Shown one piece after another: positions 17,649 through 27,634 of a DNA stretch of 64,000 nucleotides; positions within the stretch are counted from its first letter, which is position 1; each line of letters opens with the position of its first letter. A program made the position numbers and the translations under genes. Source of the stretch: Rhodobiaceae bacterium (GTDB taxonomy: Bacteria > Pseudomonadota > Alphaproteobacteria > Rhizobiales > NORP267); assembly GCA_020441905.1 (NCBI GenBank), contig JAGRLG010000015.1, forward strand, positions 765 through 64,764, read 5' to 3'. The notes under the pieces were generated by a model, which was given only the letters and a program-made list of their open reading frames with translations, searched no databases and was not told where the DNA came from.

Positions 17649-18875
17649 ATGATCATCGAACGGCCAACGACGAAAAAATTCGGTGCCGCCCATCTGCTCG
17701 GCTCCATGGGCGGCATCTATGCCGTCAATGCGCTGGTCGCCTTCATCTTCGCGGCCTCGGCGCCGGTCGCCATCATCCTCACCGCGGGCGAGGCGGGGGG
17801 ATTGAGCGAAAGCGACATCGCCTCATGGCTGTTCGGCTGCTTCTTCGTCAACGGCGTGATCTCGCTGATCTTCTGCCTGATCTACCGCGAGCCGCTGGTG
17901 TTCTTCTGGACCATTCCGGGCACGGTCCTGGTCGGCCAGGCGCTCGATCACTTGAGCTTTGCCGAGGTCATCGGCACCTATTACGCCACCGGGGCGCTGA
18001 TGCTGGCGCTGGGACTGTCGGGCTGGATCCGCAAGATCATGAACCTGCTGCCGATGCCGATCGTCATGGCCATGGTCGCCGGGGTCTTTCTTCAGTTCGG
18101 CCTCAACCTGATCTTCGCCATCCGCGACGGCTTTCTCATCGCGGCGCCGATGACCGCCGCCTTCATCGCGCTTTCGGCGGTTCCGGCGCTGGGGCGCAAG
18201 CTGCCGCCGCTGATCGGCGCCCTGATCCTCGGCGTGCTGCTCATCCTGGCGCTTGGCCAGTTCGAATTTTCCGGCGGCGCCGGCGGGGTGATCGCGCGCC
18301 CCAATCTCTATGCCCCGGAATTTTCCATCGGCTCGATGGTGGAACTGGTGATCCCGCTGGCGATCACCGTGCTGGCGGCGCAGAATGCGCAAGGCTTCGC
18401 CGTGCTCGAGGCGGTGGGCCACAAGCCGCCGGTCAATGCCGTCACCATCGCCTGCGGCGCCGGCTCACTGGTCACGGCGCTATTCGGCACGGTGTCGACC
18501 TGCTTTACCGGGCCGGTCAACGCGATCCTGTCCAGCGGCGGCGAAAAGGACCGCCATTATGGCGGAGGCGTCGTGGTGTCGCTGCTGGCACTGGCCTTCG
18601 GCCTGTTTTCGCCGGTCTTTACCCGCTTCATGCTGGCAACGCCGAAAGTGTTCATCGCAACCCTGGCGGGCCTCGCCCTGGTGCGGATTCTGGAACGCGC
18701 CTTCGTCGTCTCCTTTGCCGGATCCTTCACCCTTGGCGCCGCCGTCACCTTCCTGGTCACAGTCGCCAATGTACCGATCTTGTCCATCGGCGCGCCGTTC
18801 TGGGCGCTGGTGATCGGTTTTGCCGTGTCCTGGATCCTGGAACGCAAGGATTTCGAGGCGCTCGGGGCCAAATAG
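17649..18875 (+). CDS. benE: BenE-family benzoate/H+ symporter-like membrane transporter
   Basis: Polytopic membrane protein of ~408 aa whose N-terminus and length match the BenE family as I remember it. Confidence 0.75.
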   Translation: MIIERPTTKKFGAAHLLGSMGGIYAVNALVAFIFAASAPVAIILTAGEAGGLSESDIASWLFGCFFVNGVISLIFCLIYREPLVFFWTIPGTVLVGQALDHLSFAEVIGTYYATGALMLALGLSGWIRKIMNLLPMPIVMAMVAGVFLQFGLNLIFAIRDGFLIAAPMTAAFIALSAVPALGRKLPPLIGALILGVLLILALGQFEFSGGAGGVIARPNLYAPEFSIGSMVELVIPLAITVLAAQNAQGFAVLEAVGHKPPVNAVTIACGAGSLVTALFGTVSTCFTGPVNAILSSGGEKDRHYGGGVVVSLLALAFGLFSPVFTRFMLATPKVFIATLAGLALVRILERAFVVSFAGSFTLGAAVTFLVTVANVPILSIGAPFWALVIGFAVSWILERKDFEALGAK

Positions 18876-18903
18876 CCTCACCAAAGGCACCCTGGCAGCG
18901 CGC

Positions 18904-18942
18904 TCAAAAAAAGGGCGGCCAGCCAAGTTGGCATGGCCGCCC
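18904..18942 (-). terminator. Rho-independent terminator of the aldehyde dehydrogenase gene
   Basis: GGGCGGCCA(G CCAAgTTGG C)aTGGCCGCCC forms a long stem at 18913-18942. It is followed on the minus strand by a T7 run (plus-strand A-run 18906-18912). Confidence 0.75.
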
Positions 18943-18984
18943 CGGCGGGACGTGATTGGGTCCGGGTCCCGACCAAAGGGCGCC

Positions 18985-20445
18985 CTAGAACATCGGCGGG
19001 AACGGCCGGCCGCCGCGCTCCATGGTGATCCAGCGCGTTTCGGTAAAGGTTTCGACCGACCAGCGGCCGCCATGCTTGCCGACGCCTGAGGCCTTGAACC
19101 CGCCGAAGGGCACATGGGGCTCGTCGTTCACGCTCGAGCAGTTGATGTGGCAATTGCCGGTTTCCAACCGATTGGCGATGGCCAGGCCGCGGGCCTCGTC
19201 CCCGGTCATGACCCCGGAGGCCAGTCCATATTCGGTATCGTTGGCAATGGTGACCGCTTCATCATCGCTTCTGAAGGGGATGACCGGCACCACCGGGCCG
19301 AAGGTTTCCTGCTGGTAGAGCTTCATGTCGGGGGTGACGCCGGTGAGAATCGTCGGCTCGACGAAACGCCCGGTGATCTTGCCCCCGAGCACCACCTTGG
19401 CGCCCTTGGCGATGGCGTCCTCGAGCTGCTCGCGCACCTTGGCGAGCTGCTTGTCGTTGATCAGCGGGCCGATGATGTTGCCCTTGTCCTTGCCCGGATC
19501 GCCGACGGTGAGCTTGGCTGCCCGCTCGACGAAACGTTTCAGGAAGGCGTCGAAAATCTTTTCGTGCACCAGCACCTTTTCCACCGACATGCAGATCTGG
19601 CCCTGATGCATGAAGGAGCCGAAATTGGCGGCCGCGGTGGCGCGCTCCATGTCGGCGTCCTCGCAAACGATCAGGCTGTCCTTGCCGCCCAGCTCGACGC
19701 AGCATTTCTTCAGATGGGCGCCGGCCTTGGCGGCGATCTGGCGGCCGACGGCGGTCGAGCCGGTGAAGGATATGCCCTTGACCAGAGGATTGGCGATCAT
19801 CTCGTCGCCCACCTCGGCGACCCTGTCACGCGAACAGGTGACAACATTGAGAACGCCTTCCGGCACTCCGGCTTCCTCGAAGATCTCGGCAAAGAGCAGG
19901 CCGCCGCAATAGGGCGTTTCTTCCGACGGCTTGAGCACCACGGTGTTGCCGGCGGCAATGGGAAAGGCGAGGCCGCGCGCCGTCAGCAGCACCGGGAAAT
20001 TCCACGGGCTGATGACCGAGACGACGCCCATGGGCCGGCGCACCGCCATCGATACCTTGCCGTGTTCGGAAGGCAGCACCTCGCCGATGGCGGCATAATT
20101 GGAGGCGGCGGCAGCATGGAAGATCTCCGGCACATAGCCGGTTTCGAACATGCCCTTGCCGAACCAGCCGCCACCCTCGCCCTGGAGCGCCTCGACGATT
20201 TCCATCTTGCGCTTTTCGAAGATCTCGGCGACGCGGAGCATGAACTGGGCGCGGCGGGTGAAGGGCAGCGCCGACCATTCGGCAAAGGCATCCTGGGCCG
20301 CCTCGATGGCGCGGCGGGCATCGCCTGCATCGGCATCAGGCACCTCGGCCCACAACGAATCGTCTGACGGGTTGAGATCCTTGAACATGTGTTTCGCGGA
20401 GGACCAGCCGCCGCCGATATACATGCCTTCCATGAGCTTGGCCAT
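18985..20445 (-). CDS. NAD(P)+ aldehyde dehydrogenase
   Basis: Motifs VELGGKD, HQGQICMS and PWNFP. ATG 20445 has a GGAGG 5 nt upstream. Confidence 0.9.
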   Translation of the reverse strand: MAKLMEGMYIGGGWSSAKHMFKDLNPSDDSLWAEVPDADAGDARRAIEAAQDAFAEWSALPFTRRAQFMLRVAEIFEKRKMEIVEALQGEGGGWFGKGMFETGYVPEIFHAAAASNYAAIGEVLPSEHGKVSMAVRRPMGVVSVISPWNFPVLLTARGLAFPIAAGNTVVLKPSEETPYCGGLLFAEIFEEAGVPEGVLNVVTCSRDRVAEVGDEMIANPLVKGISFTGSTAVGRQIAAKAGAHLKKCCVELGGKDSLIVCEDADMERATAAANFGSFMHQGQICMSVEKVLVHEKIFDAFLKRFVERAAKLTVGDPGKDKGNIIGPLINDKQLAKVREQLEDAIAKGAKVVLGGKITGRFVEPTILTGVTPDMKLYQQETFGPVVPVIPFRSDDEAVTIANDTEYGLASGVMTGDEARGLAIANRLETGNCHINCSSVNDEPHVPFGGFKASGVGKHGGRWSVETFTETRWITMERGGRPFPPMF

Positions 20446-20483
20446 ATTTGCCTCCAATTGCTATCCAGTTGATATTTATATAT

Positions 20484-21893
20484 TTATTTTGACTTATGCT
20501 TTTTCTTGCCGGATTTCTTCTTTTTGTGCCTTTTCTCTTCAGCGGCCTTCGAACAGGTGCAGACCTTGCTCGGGTCCTTGTCGCAAAGGCGCTGTTTGGC
20601 GCGCTTTCCGCCCTTCTTCCTTTTGGCCTTGCCGGGCTTTCCGGTTTCCGGCGCGCCGACCGGCGGCATTTCCAGGCCGGCGCGGCGGGCGGCAATATGG
20701 GCGGCGTGAATGGCGCCAGCGCGGGCTGCCAGATCACCGGCCATCCGGCTCAGCTCGCCGGCATCGGCGGGCAGTTGCGCGGGCGGCTGCGCGGACGGCG
20801 GCGATGGCGGGGATTGCAGCGCAGGAGGCGCCTCGGTCCGGACCGAACGCGCGGCGGCGGCGGCGCGGCGCGCCTCGATATGGGCGCTGTGAATGGCGGC
20901 GGCCTCGGCGGCCAGGTGGCCGGCCATCCGGCTCAATTGCGCGGCGTCGGGAAGGGCGGCGCCGCCAGGCGGAGGGGGTGTTCGGATTGCGCGCATGTCT
21001 GTCTCTTTCAAATGCCGGAAAGCGCTGGGCACCGGGCCGGTGTGGCGCAGCTCGATTATGTGGCTGGCCTGGATCTTGGCGGCGCGCGCCGCCAGGCCGG
21101 CCGCCATTTCATCGTCGGCCGGGGCGTAGCCGGTTGGCCGCACCGGGCCGCGATCACGCCCCGCCGGCAGCGCTTGCCGGGTGTCGCCACCGCCGAGATA
21201 GGCGCGCTGCACGGCCGGGTCGCTGATGAGGTTGGCGGCACTGTCGTGGCCGATGATATGTCCGTTTTCGAGCAGGTAGCCGCGATCGGCGATGGCCAGG
21301 CTGAGCTTGGCGTTCTGCTCGACCAGCAGAATGCCGACGCCGGTGCGGCCGATTTCCTTCAAGGACTTAAACAGATCCGAGCACAGCAGCGGCGACAGGC
21401 CGAGGGAAGGCTCGTCGAGCATCAGGATTTCCGGATCCGACATCAGCGCCCGGCCGATCGCCACCATCTGCTGCTCGCCGCCGCTCATGGTGCGCGCCAA
21501 CTGGCGGCGGCGTTCGGCAAGGCGGGGGAAGAGGTCGAAAACCATTTCCCTGTTATGAGCTTCATGGGACCTGGCACGGGCGGCATAGGCGCCCAATTGC
21601 AGGTTTTCCTCAACCGTCAGGTCGGCGAATATGCCCCGCCCCTCGGGAACCAGGGCGATGCCCGCCTCGACGATCTCATGGGCCTTGAGGCCCTTGAGGC
21701 AGCGCCCGTTCATGGTGATGTCGGTGTTGCCATTTACCGGCACGATGCCGCCGATGGCCTTGAGCAGGGTTGTCTTTCCGGCGCCATTGGCGCCGAGCAC
21801 GACACAGATCTCCCTCACATCGACATGGGCGGTGACGCCGTCGAGGGCGCGGTGGCGGCCGTAAGAGGCAGTGAGGTTCCTGGCCTCAAGCAT
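20484..21893 (-). CDS. LivF-type ABC ATPase with ~230-aa C-terminal repeat + polybasic extension
   Basis: Residues 1-237 form a complete ATPase (GANGAGKT, MSGGEQQ, ILMLDEP). Residues 238-469 hold three Ala/His-rich helix repeats and a Lys-rich tail. Confidence 0.85.
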   Translation of the reverse strand: MLEARNLTASYGRHRALDGVTAHVDVREICVVLGANGAGKTTLLKAIGGIVPVNGNTDITMNGRCLKGLKAHEIVEAGIALVPEGRGIFADLTVEENLQLGAYAARARSHEAHNREMVFDLFPRLAERRRQLARTMSGGEQQMVAIGRALMSDPEILMLDEPSLGLSPLLCSDLFKSLKEIGRTGVGILLVEQNAKLSLAIADRGYLLENGHIIGHDSAANLISDPAVQRAYLGGGDTRQALPAGRDRGPVRPTGYAPADDEMAAGLAARAAKIQASHIIELRHTGPVPSAFRHLKETDMRAIRTPPPPGGAALPDAAQLSRMAGHLAAEAAAIHSAHIEARRAAAAARSVRTEAPPALQSPPSPPSAQPPAQLPADAGELSRMAGDLAARAGAIHAAHIAARRAGLEMPPVGAPETGKPGKAKRKKGGKRAKQRLCDKDPSKVCTCSKAAEEKRHKKKKSGKKKHKSK

Positions 21894-22620
21894 CGCCGCC
21901 CCCCAGATAGGCGCGCACCACCTCCGGATCGGAAAGCACGTCCTCGACCCTGCCTTGCGCGATCAAGGCGCCCGAACTCATGACGACACAGCGGTCGCAC
22001 AGGGAACGGATGGCATCCATGACATGCTCGACCATGATGATGGTGCGGCCCTCGGCGCGCAATTCGGCGATCAGGTTTATGCCGGTCTTGAGCTCGCTGG
22101 GGTTGAGGCCCGCCAGCCATTCGTCGAGCAGCAGCACGCGCGGATTGCCGGCCAGGGCGCGCGCCAGCTCAAGCCTCTTCTGGTCGATATAGGTCATCGC
22201 CGAGGGCGGCGTCGCGCCAAGCCCGCCAAGGCCGACCCGGGCCAACAGGTCGCGGGCGGCGCGGCGCGCTTCGCCGCCCCATTGGCGCATATGGCCGAAC
22301 ACGGCACCGGCCAGAACGTTTTCCTCCGCGCTGAGCGAGGGCAGTATCCGCACCAGCTGGAAAGTGCGGGCAATGCCGGCGCGGGCGATCCTGTGCGCCG
22401 GCAGGCCGGAAATTGTCTGGCCGCCGAGCGCAATCGACCCCGAGGTCGGCTTGAGGGCGCCGGAGATCAGGTTGAGCATGGTGGTCTTGCCCGACCCGTT
22501 GGGGCCGATCAGGCCGAGAAGCTCGCCTGGCGCAACCTCGAAGGAAACGTCATTGACGGCGAGCAGCCCACCAAAGGCCTTGCGCGCCTGGGTGACGGAG
22601 ATGGCGGGTTGGACGCTCAT
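21886..22620 (-). CDS. LivG-type ABC ATPase
   Basis: GPNGSGKTT and LLLDEWLAGL. It overlaps its neighbours. Confidence 0.9.
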   Translation of the reverse strand: MSVQPAISVTQARKAFGGLLAVNDVSFEVAPGELLGLIGPNGSGKTTMLNLISGALKPTSGSIALGGQTISGLPAHRIARAGIARTFQLVRILPSLSAEENVLAGAVFGHMRQWGGEARRAARDLLARVGLGGLGATPPSAMTYIDQKRLELARALAGNPRVLLLDEWLAGLNPSELKTGINLIAELRAEGRTIIMVEHVMDAIRSLCDRCVVMSSGALIAQGRVEDVLSDPEVVRAYLGGGDA

Positions 22621-23582
22621 GCCGCCTTCTCCTGGCCCGATGCCGATGGCGTTTTGCGCAGGCCGAGCCGCAGGCGCAACCTTTCCATCACGCCGACAAT
22701 GCCATTGGGGATGAAATATACGACCAGCATGAAGGCGGCGCCGATCATCAGATTGGTGTGGTTGGGAAACTGGCCGGAAACGAAATCGAACAGGATGGTG
22801 AAGGGAATGACGCCGACCAGCGGGCCCCAGAGGCGCTGGCTGCCGCCGAGCAGGGCCATGATGACGACCTGGAAGGATATCATCGGGTTGAAGGCGGCCG
22901 GCGGCTCGATATAGGCGAAACGGGGGGCAAGGATCGCGCCGACCATGCCGATGAAGGCGCCCGAGATCATGAACAGCAGAACCTTGGAAACCGCGGTATC
23001 GATGCCGACATGGGCGGCCACGGTCTCGTCATTGCCGATGATGCGCATGGCAAAGCCCAGGCGCGAGCGGGCAATCAGCCAACCGCTGAGATAGACCGCG
23101 GCGCCGAGCGCCAGCAGCATCCAGTAGATGTGGCGCTCGGCTAGATCGGTAAAGACATAAAGGCCGACCCCGGTGGTGAAATTGGTCTGGAGCCAGGTCA
23201 CCACCTGGCGCGTCAGTTCCGCAAGACCGAGCGTGAAGATGACAAAATAGACCCCCGACAGGCGCAAGGTGGCGAGGCCGACAAGCGCGGCGACAATGGC
23301 GCTGACAAGGCCGGCAATGGCGATAAGGGCGGCGAAGGGCACGGTGTCGATGCCGAGGCCGACGGTATAGGCGCCAAGGCCGAAAAAGGCAGCGGTGGCC
23401 AGCGAGATATAGTGGGTCGGCCCCGAAAACAGCGCCCAGGCGGTGCACAGCACGGCATACATGGCGACATTGACGGCGAGCGACAGATAATAGCCCTGAT
23501 CGGCCAGCGGCAGGGCGGCGGCCAGCGCCAGGGCGGCGGCGGCTAGAAAAACGCGGATCTCGCGGCCTGAAAATGCGCTCAT
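22617..23582 (-). CDS. Branched-chain-amino-acid-type ABC permease (LivM-like)
   Basis: Polytopic membrane protein in the operon with 4-nt overlaps. Confidence 0.9.
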   Translation of the reverse strand: MSAFSGREIRVFLAAAALALAAALPLADQGYYLSLAVNVAMYAVLCTAWALFSGPTHYISLATAAFFGLGAYTVGLGIDTVPFAALIAIAGLVSAIVAALVGLATLRLSGVYFVIFTLGLAELTRQVVTWLQTNFTTGVGLYVFTDLAERHIYWMLLALGAAVYLSGWLIARSRLGFAMRIIGNDETVAAHVGIDTAVSKVLLFMISGAFIGMVGAILAPRFAYIEPPAAFNPMISFQVVIMALLGGSQRLWGPLVGVIPFTILFDFVSGQFPNHTNLMIGAAFMLVVYFIPNGIVGVMERLRLRLGLRKTPSASGQEKAA

Positions 23583-24445
23583 GCCGTGCTCCTGCCGAAA
23601 ATGCCCTGGGGGCGAAAGAGCAGGGTCAGCACAAAGAGGAAGTAGGTCGCGGCCAGGGTCAGGCCGGGATCGATGAGGCTGGCGACCGTCGTTTCGGCAA
23701 GGCCGAGCAGAAGCGCGGCGACCACCGCCCCGCGCACATCGCCGACGCCGCCCATGATGACGATGATGAGCGCCTTCATGGTGAAGACGACGCCCATCGA
23801 GGCATCGAAGGTATAGAAGGTCGACAGCAGGGTGCCGCCAGCCGCGGTGAGGGCGCCGCCAAGGGCGAAGGCAAAGGCGGAGGCCCTGTCGACATTGATG
23901 GCGCTCAGGCCGGCGGCAACCGGATCGACGGCGACGGCGCGGATCGCCGTGCCCTGGCGGGTGCGGTTGAGAAAAAGATAGAGCGCCACGGCGATGACCG
24001 CGGCGGCGATAAAGGCAACCACCCGGTTGAGGCCGAAGGGGCTGCCAAGAATGGTGAAGGGCACGGCAAGAAATGTGTAGCTGTAATAGCCGCCGCCGAA
24101 GCCCAGTTGCATCAGTCCCTGAAGAATGAAGAGCAGGCCGAAGGTGGCGAGAATGGAATCGACTTCCAGCATGCCGCGGTTCTTGGCGCGGCGCACCAGG
24201 GGGCGCAGAAGCAGCGAATAGATGGCCCAGTTGAGCGCGAAGGCGGCCGGCATGACGGCAACCAGCGCGAACAGCGGATTGACCTGGGTCGCGGTATAGA
24301 TCCAGAAAGCGGCGAAACAGGCGGCGACCAGGGTTTCGCCATTGGCGAGATTCATGATCCGGGCAACGCCATATTGCAGCGTCAGCCCTAGGGCGATGAG
24401 TGCATAGGTGCCGCTCAGCAACACGCCTGTTACAATAATTTCCAT
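23579..24445 (-). CDS. Branched-chain-amino-acid-type ABC permease (LivH-like)
   Basis: Polytopic membrane protein in a typical LivH position. Confidence 0.9.
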   Translation of the reverse strand: MEIIVTGVLLSGTYALIALGLTLQYGVARIMNLANGETLVAACFAAFWIYTATQVNPLFALVAVMPAAFALNWAIYSLLLRPLVRRAKNRGMLEVDSILATFGLLFILQGLMQLGFGGGYYSYTFLAVPFTILGSPFGLNRVVAFIAAAVIAVALYLFLNRTRQGTAIRAVAVDPVAAGLSAINVDRASAFAFALGGALTAAGGTLLSTFYTFDASMGVVFTMKALIIVIMGGVGDVRGAVVAALLLGLAETTVASLIDPGLTLAATYFLFVLTLLFRPQGIFGRSTA

Positions 24446-24593
24446 CAGCTCAAGATCTCAGCATAGGCCGGTTTCCGGTTGCTGGCACGCGGCGGCCGGG
24501 CTTTGGGTAGAAAACGGAATTCCTCCCGGCGCCGCCCAGGAGCAGCCGGCGTCCGATCGGACGCGGAAAAGCTGCTCCATCCTTTCGAATCCG

Positions 24594-24639
24594 ATCAACA
24601 TTTCTGCATTCAGGCGATTCAGCCCGAATGCAGGTTGAT
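24594..24639 (-). other. Intercistronic stem-loop between the binding-protein and permease genes
   Basis: ATCAAC(attt)CTGCATTC - 14 nt - GAATGCAGGTTGAT gives 14 bp with a 4-nt bulge. A second perfect palindrome, CGTCCGATCGGACG, lies at 24550-24563. Confidence 0.5.
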
Positions 24640-24670
24640 GCGGCGGACGGCGCCGGGAGTCCCCCCTCAC

Positions 24671-25876
24671 TCAGTTCCAGCCCTTCTTGGCGACAGGCTC
24701 TTTCTCGCCGCCGACGCCGGTCGAGGAAACGCCCTGGAAGACGCCGTTCTGCCACTGGCCGACGGTCCAGAATTTGCGGTTGATGTTGCCGTCAAAGGTC
24801 ATGGTGCCGACGACGGTGTCGAAGCTGCCGTTCTTGAGCTGCTCGATCACCTTTGCGCGGTCGATGGTGCCGGCACGCTCGATCGCCTGCTTGAGGATCT
24901 CGAGGCTGGCATAGGTGACCGGGTTGGCCCAGTAGTCGGGATCCATGCCGGTAACCTCCTTGTGCCGCTTCAGATAGGCCTGCATGACGGGCGTGTCGGG
25001 GTTCATGCCGCCAGCGCCAAGCACGCCCTCGGCGGCGCCGCCGAACTTGCCGATATAGGCCGGGAAGGCGGTGGCAACGCCGACATAGAAGGCGCCGACC
25101 TTGAGATCGGCCAGCTTGGCCTGATCGGTCAGGGCGAAGGTATCCGGCGGATAGGAGAAGCCGACAAAGGCATCGGGCGCCGCCTTCTTGGCTTCGCTGA
25201 TGACCGGCGCCAAGTCCTGGGTGCCAAGCGGATAGGAGGTGTCATAGACGATCTCGAACCCGGCTTCCTTGAGCGCCGGTTTGCCGGCATTGGCAAGCTC
25301 GATGCCGAAGGCGTCGGCGACATTGACCACCGCCACCTTGTTGCCGATCACGCCCTTGTCGCGCAGCGTCTTGAGGACATCGGCGACCGAGGAGGCAAAT
25401 GCGGTCGAGGTGCCCAGGGTCCAGAAGCTGTTGGGCCAGCGCGAGACGAACTCGTCGGCCTTGTCGGTGACCGCGGTGACCGCGATATGGGGATAGCCGT
25501 GCTTGGCGATCAGCGGCGCCGTGGCGAGGTTGAGCCCGGTGCCATAGGGCGCGATCAGAAAATCGACCTTGTCGACATTGATCAGGCGCTGAATATTTTT
25601 CACCGCCTCCTCGCCCGATGTACGGTCGTCATATTCGATGACCTCGACCTTCATCATCTTGTCGCCGACCTTGATGCCGCCGGCGGCATTGACGTCGTGG
25701 ACCCAGAGCTTGATGGCGGGCCAATGGGTGACGGCCGAGCCGCCGGCCAAGGGGCCGGTTTTTGGCGCGCTGGCGCCGAATTTCAGCACGTCTCCCTCGG
25801 CAAAGGCCGGGCCGGCGAAGATTCCGGCGGCGAGCAGTGCCGAAGCGGTCAGTTTGAGAACCGTTCTCCGTTTCAT
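24671..25876 (-). CDS. Periplasmic substrate-binding protein (LivK/type I PBP family)
   Basis: Signal peptide MKRRTVLKLTASALLAAGIFAGPAFA and the PBP1 fold pattern. Confidence 0.85.
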   Translation of the reverse strand: MKRRTVLKLTASALLAAGIFAGPAFAEGDVLKFGASAPKTGPLAGGSAVTHWPAIKLWVHDVNAAGGIKVGDKMMKVEVIEYDDRTSGEEAVKNIQRLINVDKVDFLIAPYGTGLNLATAPLIAKHGYPHIAVTAVTDKADEFVSRWPNSFWTLGTSTAFASSVADVLKTLRDKGVIGNKVAVVNVADAFGIELANAGKPALKEAGFEIVYDTSYPLGTQDLAPVISEAKKAAPDAFVGFSYPPDTFALTDQAKLADLKVGAFYVGVATAFPAYIGKFGGAAEGVLGAGGMNPDTPVMQAYLKRHKEVTGMDPDYWANPVTYASLEILKQAIERAGTIDRAKVIEQLKNGSFDTVVGTMTFDGNINRKFWTVGQWQNGVFQGVSSTGVGGEKEPVAKKGWN

Positions 25877-25940
25877 TTTTATTCCTCCCTTGGGTCAAAA
25901 CTGTTTGCAGCCACGCTCTTTCACTCATTCACGCATTGCC

Positions 25941-27389
25941 TCAGATCGGGTAGGGCGGCGGCTCCCCGGTCTGGATGGTGATCCACCGAAGCTCGGTGAA
26001 TTCGTCGATTCCCGCCTTGCCGCCGAAGCGGCCGTAGCCGGAGGCCTTGACGCCGCCAAACGGCATCTGCGGCTCGTCATTGATGGTCGGGGAATTGATG
26101 TGACAGATGCCGCTTTCGATGCGGCGGGCGATTCTGATGGCCCCGGCGACATCGCGGCTGTAGATGGCGGCGGCGAGGCCGTATTCGGTGTCATTGGCCA
26201 TCGACACTGCCTCGTCGACATCGCCGAAACGGATGACCGAGGCGACGGGGCCGAAGGATTCCTCATAGTAGAGCCGCATCGAGGCGTTGACGCCGTCGAG
26301 GATGGTGGGGTCGATGAAGACGCCATCCTGGCGCCCGCCGGTGACCAGAACCGCGCCCTTGCGCACGGCATCGTCGATCAGCCCCTTGACCCGCAGCGCC
26401 GCGGCCTCGGAGATCATGGCGCCGAGCTTGACCGCCGGATCGCGCGGATCGCCAGCGCGAATGCGCTCGGCCCGGGCGCGAAAGCGGTCGAGAAATGCGT
26501 CGGCGACGGCCTCGTGGACCAGCACACGCTCGGTCGCCATGCAGATCTGGCCCTGATGGAAAAAGGCTCCGAACATGGCGGCATCGACGGCGGCGCCGAG
26601 ATTGGCATCTTCCAGCAGGATCAGCGGCGCCTTGCCGCCAAGCTCGAGCAGGCAGCGCTTGAGGTGGCGGGCGCAGCTTTGCGCGATGATGCGGCCGACG
26701 CGGGTCGAGCCGGTGAAATTGACGCGCCGCACCGCGGGGTGGGCGATCAGCGCCTCGACTATGCGCGGCGCGTCGTCGGGCGCGGTGTGGACGATATTGA
26801 TGACGCCGGCGGGCAACCCGGCCTCCTGGAAGACCTCGCCGAGAAGGCCATGGGTGCGCGGGCACAGTTCGGACGCCTTGAGGATGACCGTGTTGCCGCA
26901 GGCCAGCGGCATGGCGAGCGCGCGGGCGGCGAGAATGACCGGGGCGTTCCACGGCGCCAGGCCGAGAACCACGCCGCAGGGCTGGCGCACCGCCATGGCG
27001 AAGGAGCCCGACTTGTCGGAGGGGATGGTTTCGCCGGTGAGCTGGGTGGTCATGGCGGCCGCCTCGCGCAGCACGGCGGCGGCCAGGCGGCAATTGAAGG
27101 CGGCCCAGTCGCGGGTGCCGCCGGTCTCGGTGATGATGGCATCGGCGAATTCGCCGGATCTGGCGAGCAGGACATCGGCGGCGGCATTGAGGTGGTCGCG
27201 CCGCTCGGCCGGGCCGCTGGCCGACCACTGGGCAAAGGCGCGGGCGGCCACATTGGCGGCATGCTCGGCATCTTCGACGCTGGCGGCGGCGGCCCGCGTC
27301 GCCACGGCGCGCGTCACCGGATCGATGCGCTCGAAGGTGGCGGCGGCGGCCACCGGCTCATTGTCTATCAGCAGGGCAGCTTCAAGCAC
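25941..27389 (-). CDS. NAD(P)+ aldehyde dehydrogenase (aromatic-aldehyde DH-like paralog)
   Basis: Motifs LELGGKA, HQGQICMA and PWNAP. The GTG 27389 start sits downstream of a GGAGG. Confidence 0.9.
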   Translation of the reverse strand: MLEAALLIDNEPVAAAATFERIDPVTRAVATRAAAASVEDAEHAANVAARAFAQWSASGPAERRDHLNAAADVLLARSGEFADAIITETGGTRDWAAFNCRLAAAVLREAAAMTTQLTGETIPSDKSGSFAMAVRQPCGVVLGLAPWNAPVILAARALAMPLACGNTVILKASELCPRTHGLLGEVFQEAGLPAGVINIVHTAPDDAPRIVEALIAHPAVRRVNFTGSTRVGRIIAQSCARHLKRCLLELGGKAPLILLEDANLGAAVDAAMFGAFFHQGQICMATERVLVHEAVADAFLDRFRARAERIRAGDPRDPAVKLGAMISEAAALRVKGLIDDAVRKGAVLVTGGRQDGVFIDPTILDGVNASMRLYYEESFGPVASVIRFGDVDEAVSMANDTEYGLAAAIYSRDVAGAIRIARRIESGICHINSPTINDEPQMPFGGVKASGYGRFGGKAGIDEFTELRWITIQTGEPPPYPI

Positions 27390-27545
27390 GCTCCCAGTTC
27401 CTCCCTGTAGCGATGCCGTATTCGTCCGCTTTGCGGCCGTTTTGTCTTTGGCGCCGGCGCGCGATCGCGGTCGGATCACTCGGCAGGCTTTGCTGGCATC
27501 GCCGCTTATCATATTAGGATAGTTTCAACCTGGGTAATAATGCGT

Positions 27546-27561
27546 ATAATTGGTCAATTAT
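27546..27561. promoter_or_regulatory. Near-perfect 16-bp palindrome in the AT-rich divergent ALDH/AraC promoter region
   Basis: ATAATTGG|TCAATTAT has 7 of 8 arm pairs. Confidence 0.3.
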
Positions 27562-27634
27562 TGTATTTTTTTGGTATTGTGCTTTTGCAGTTAACTGGCG
27601 CCGCGGGCGCTACGCAAACCCTGGAGGATGGTCT

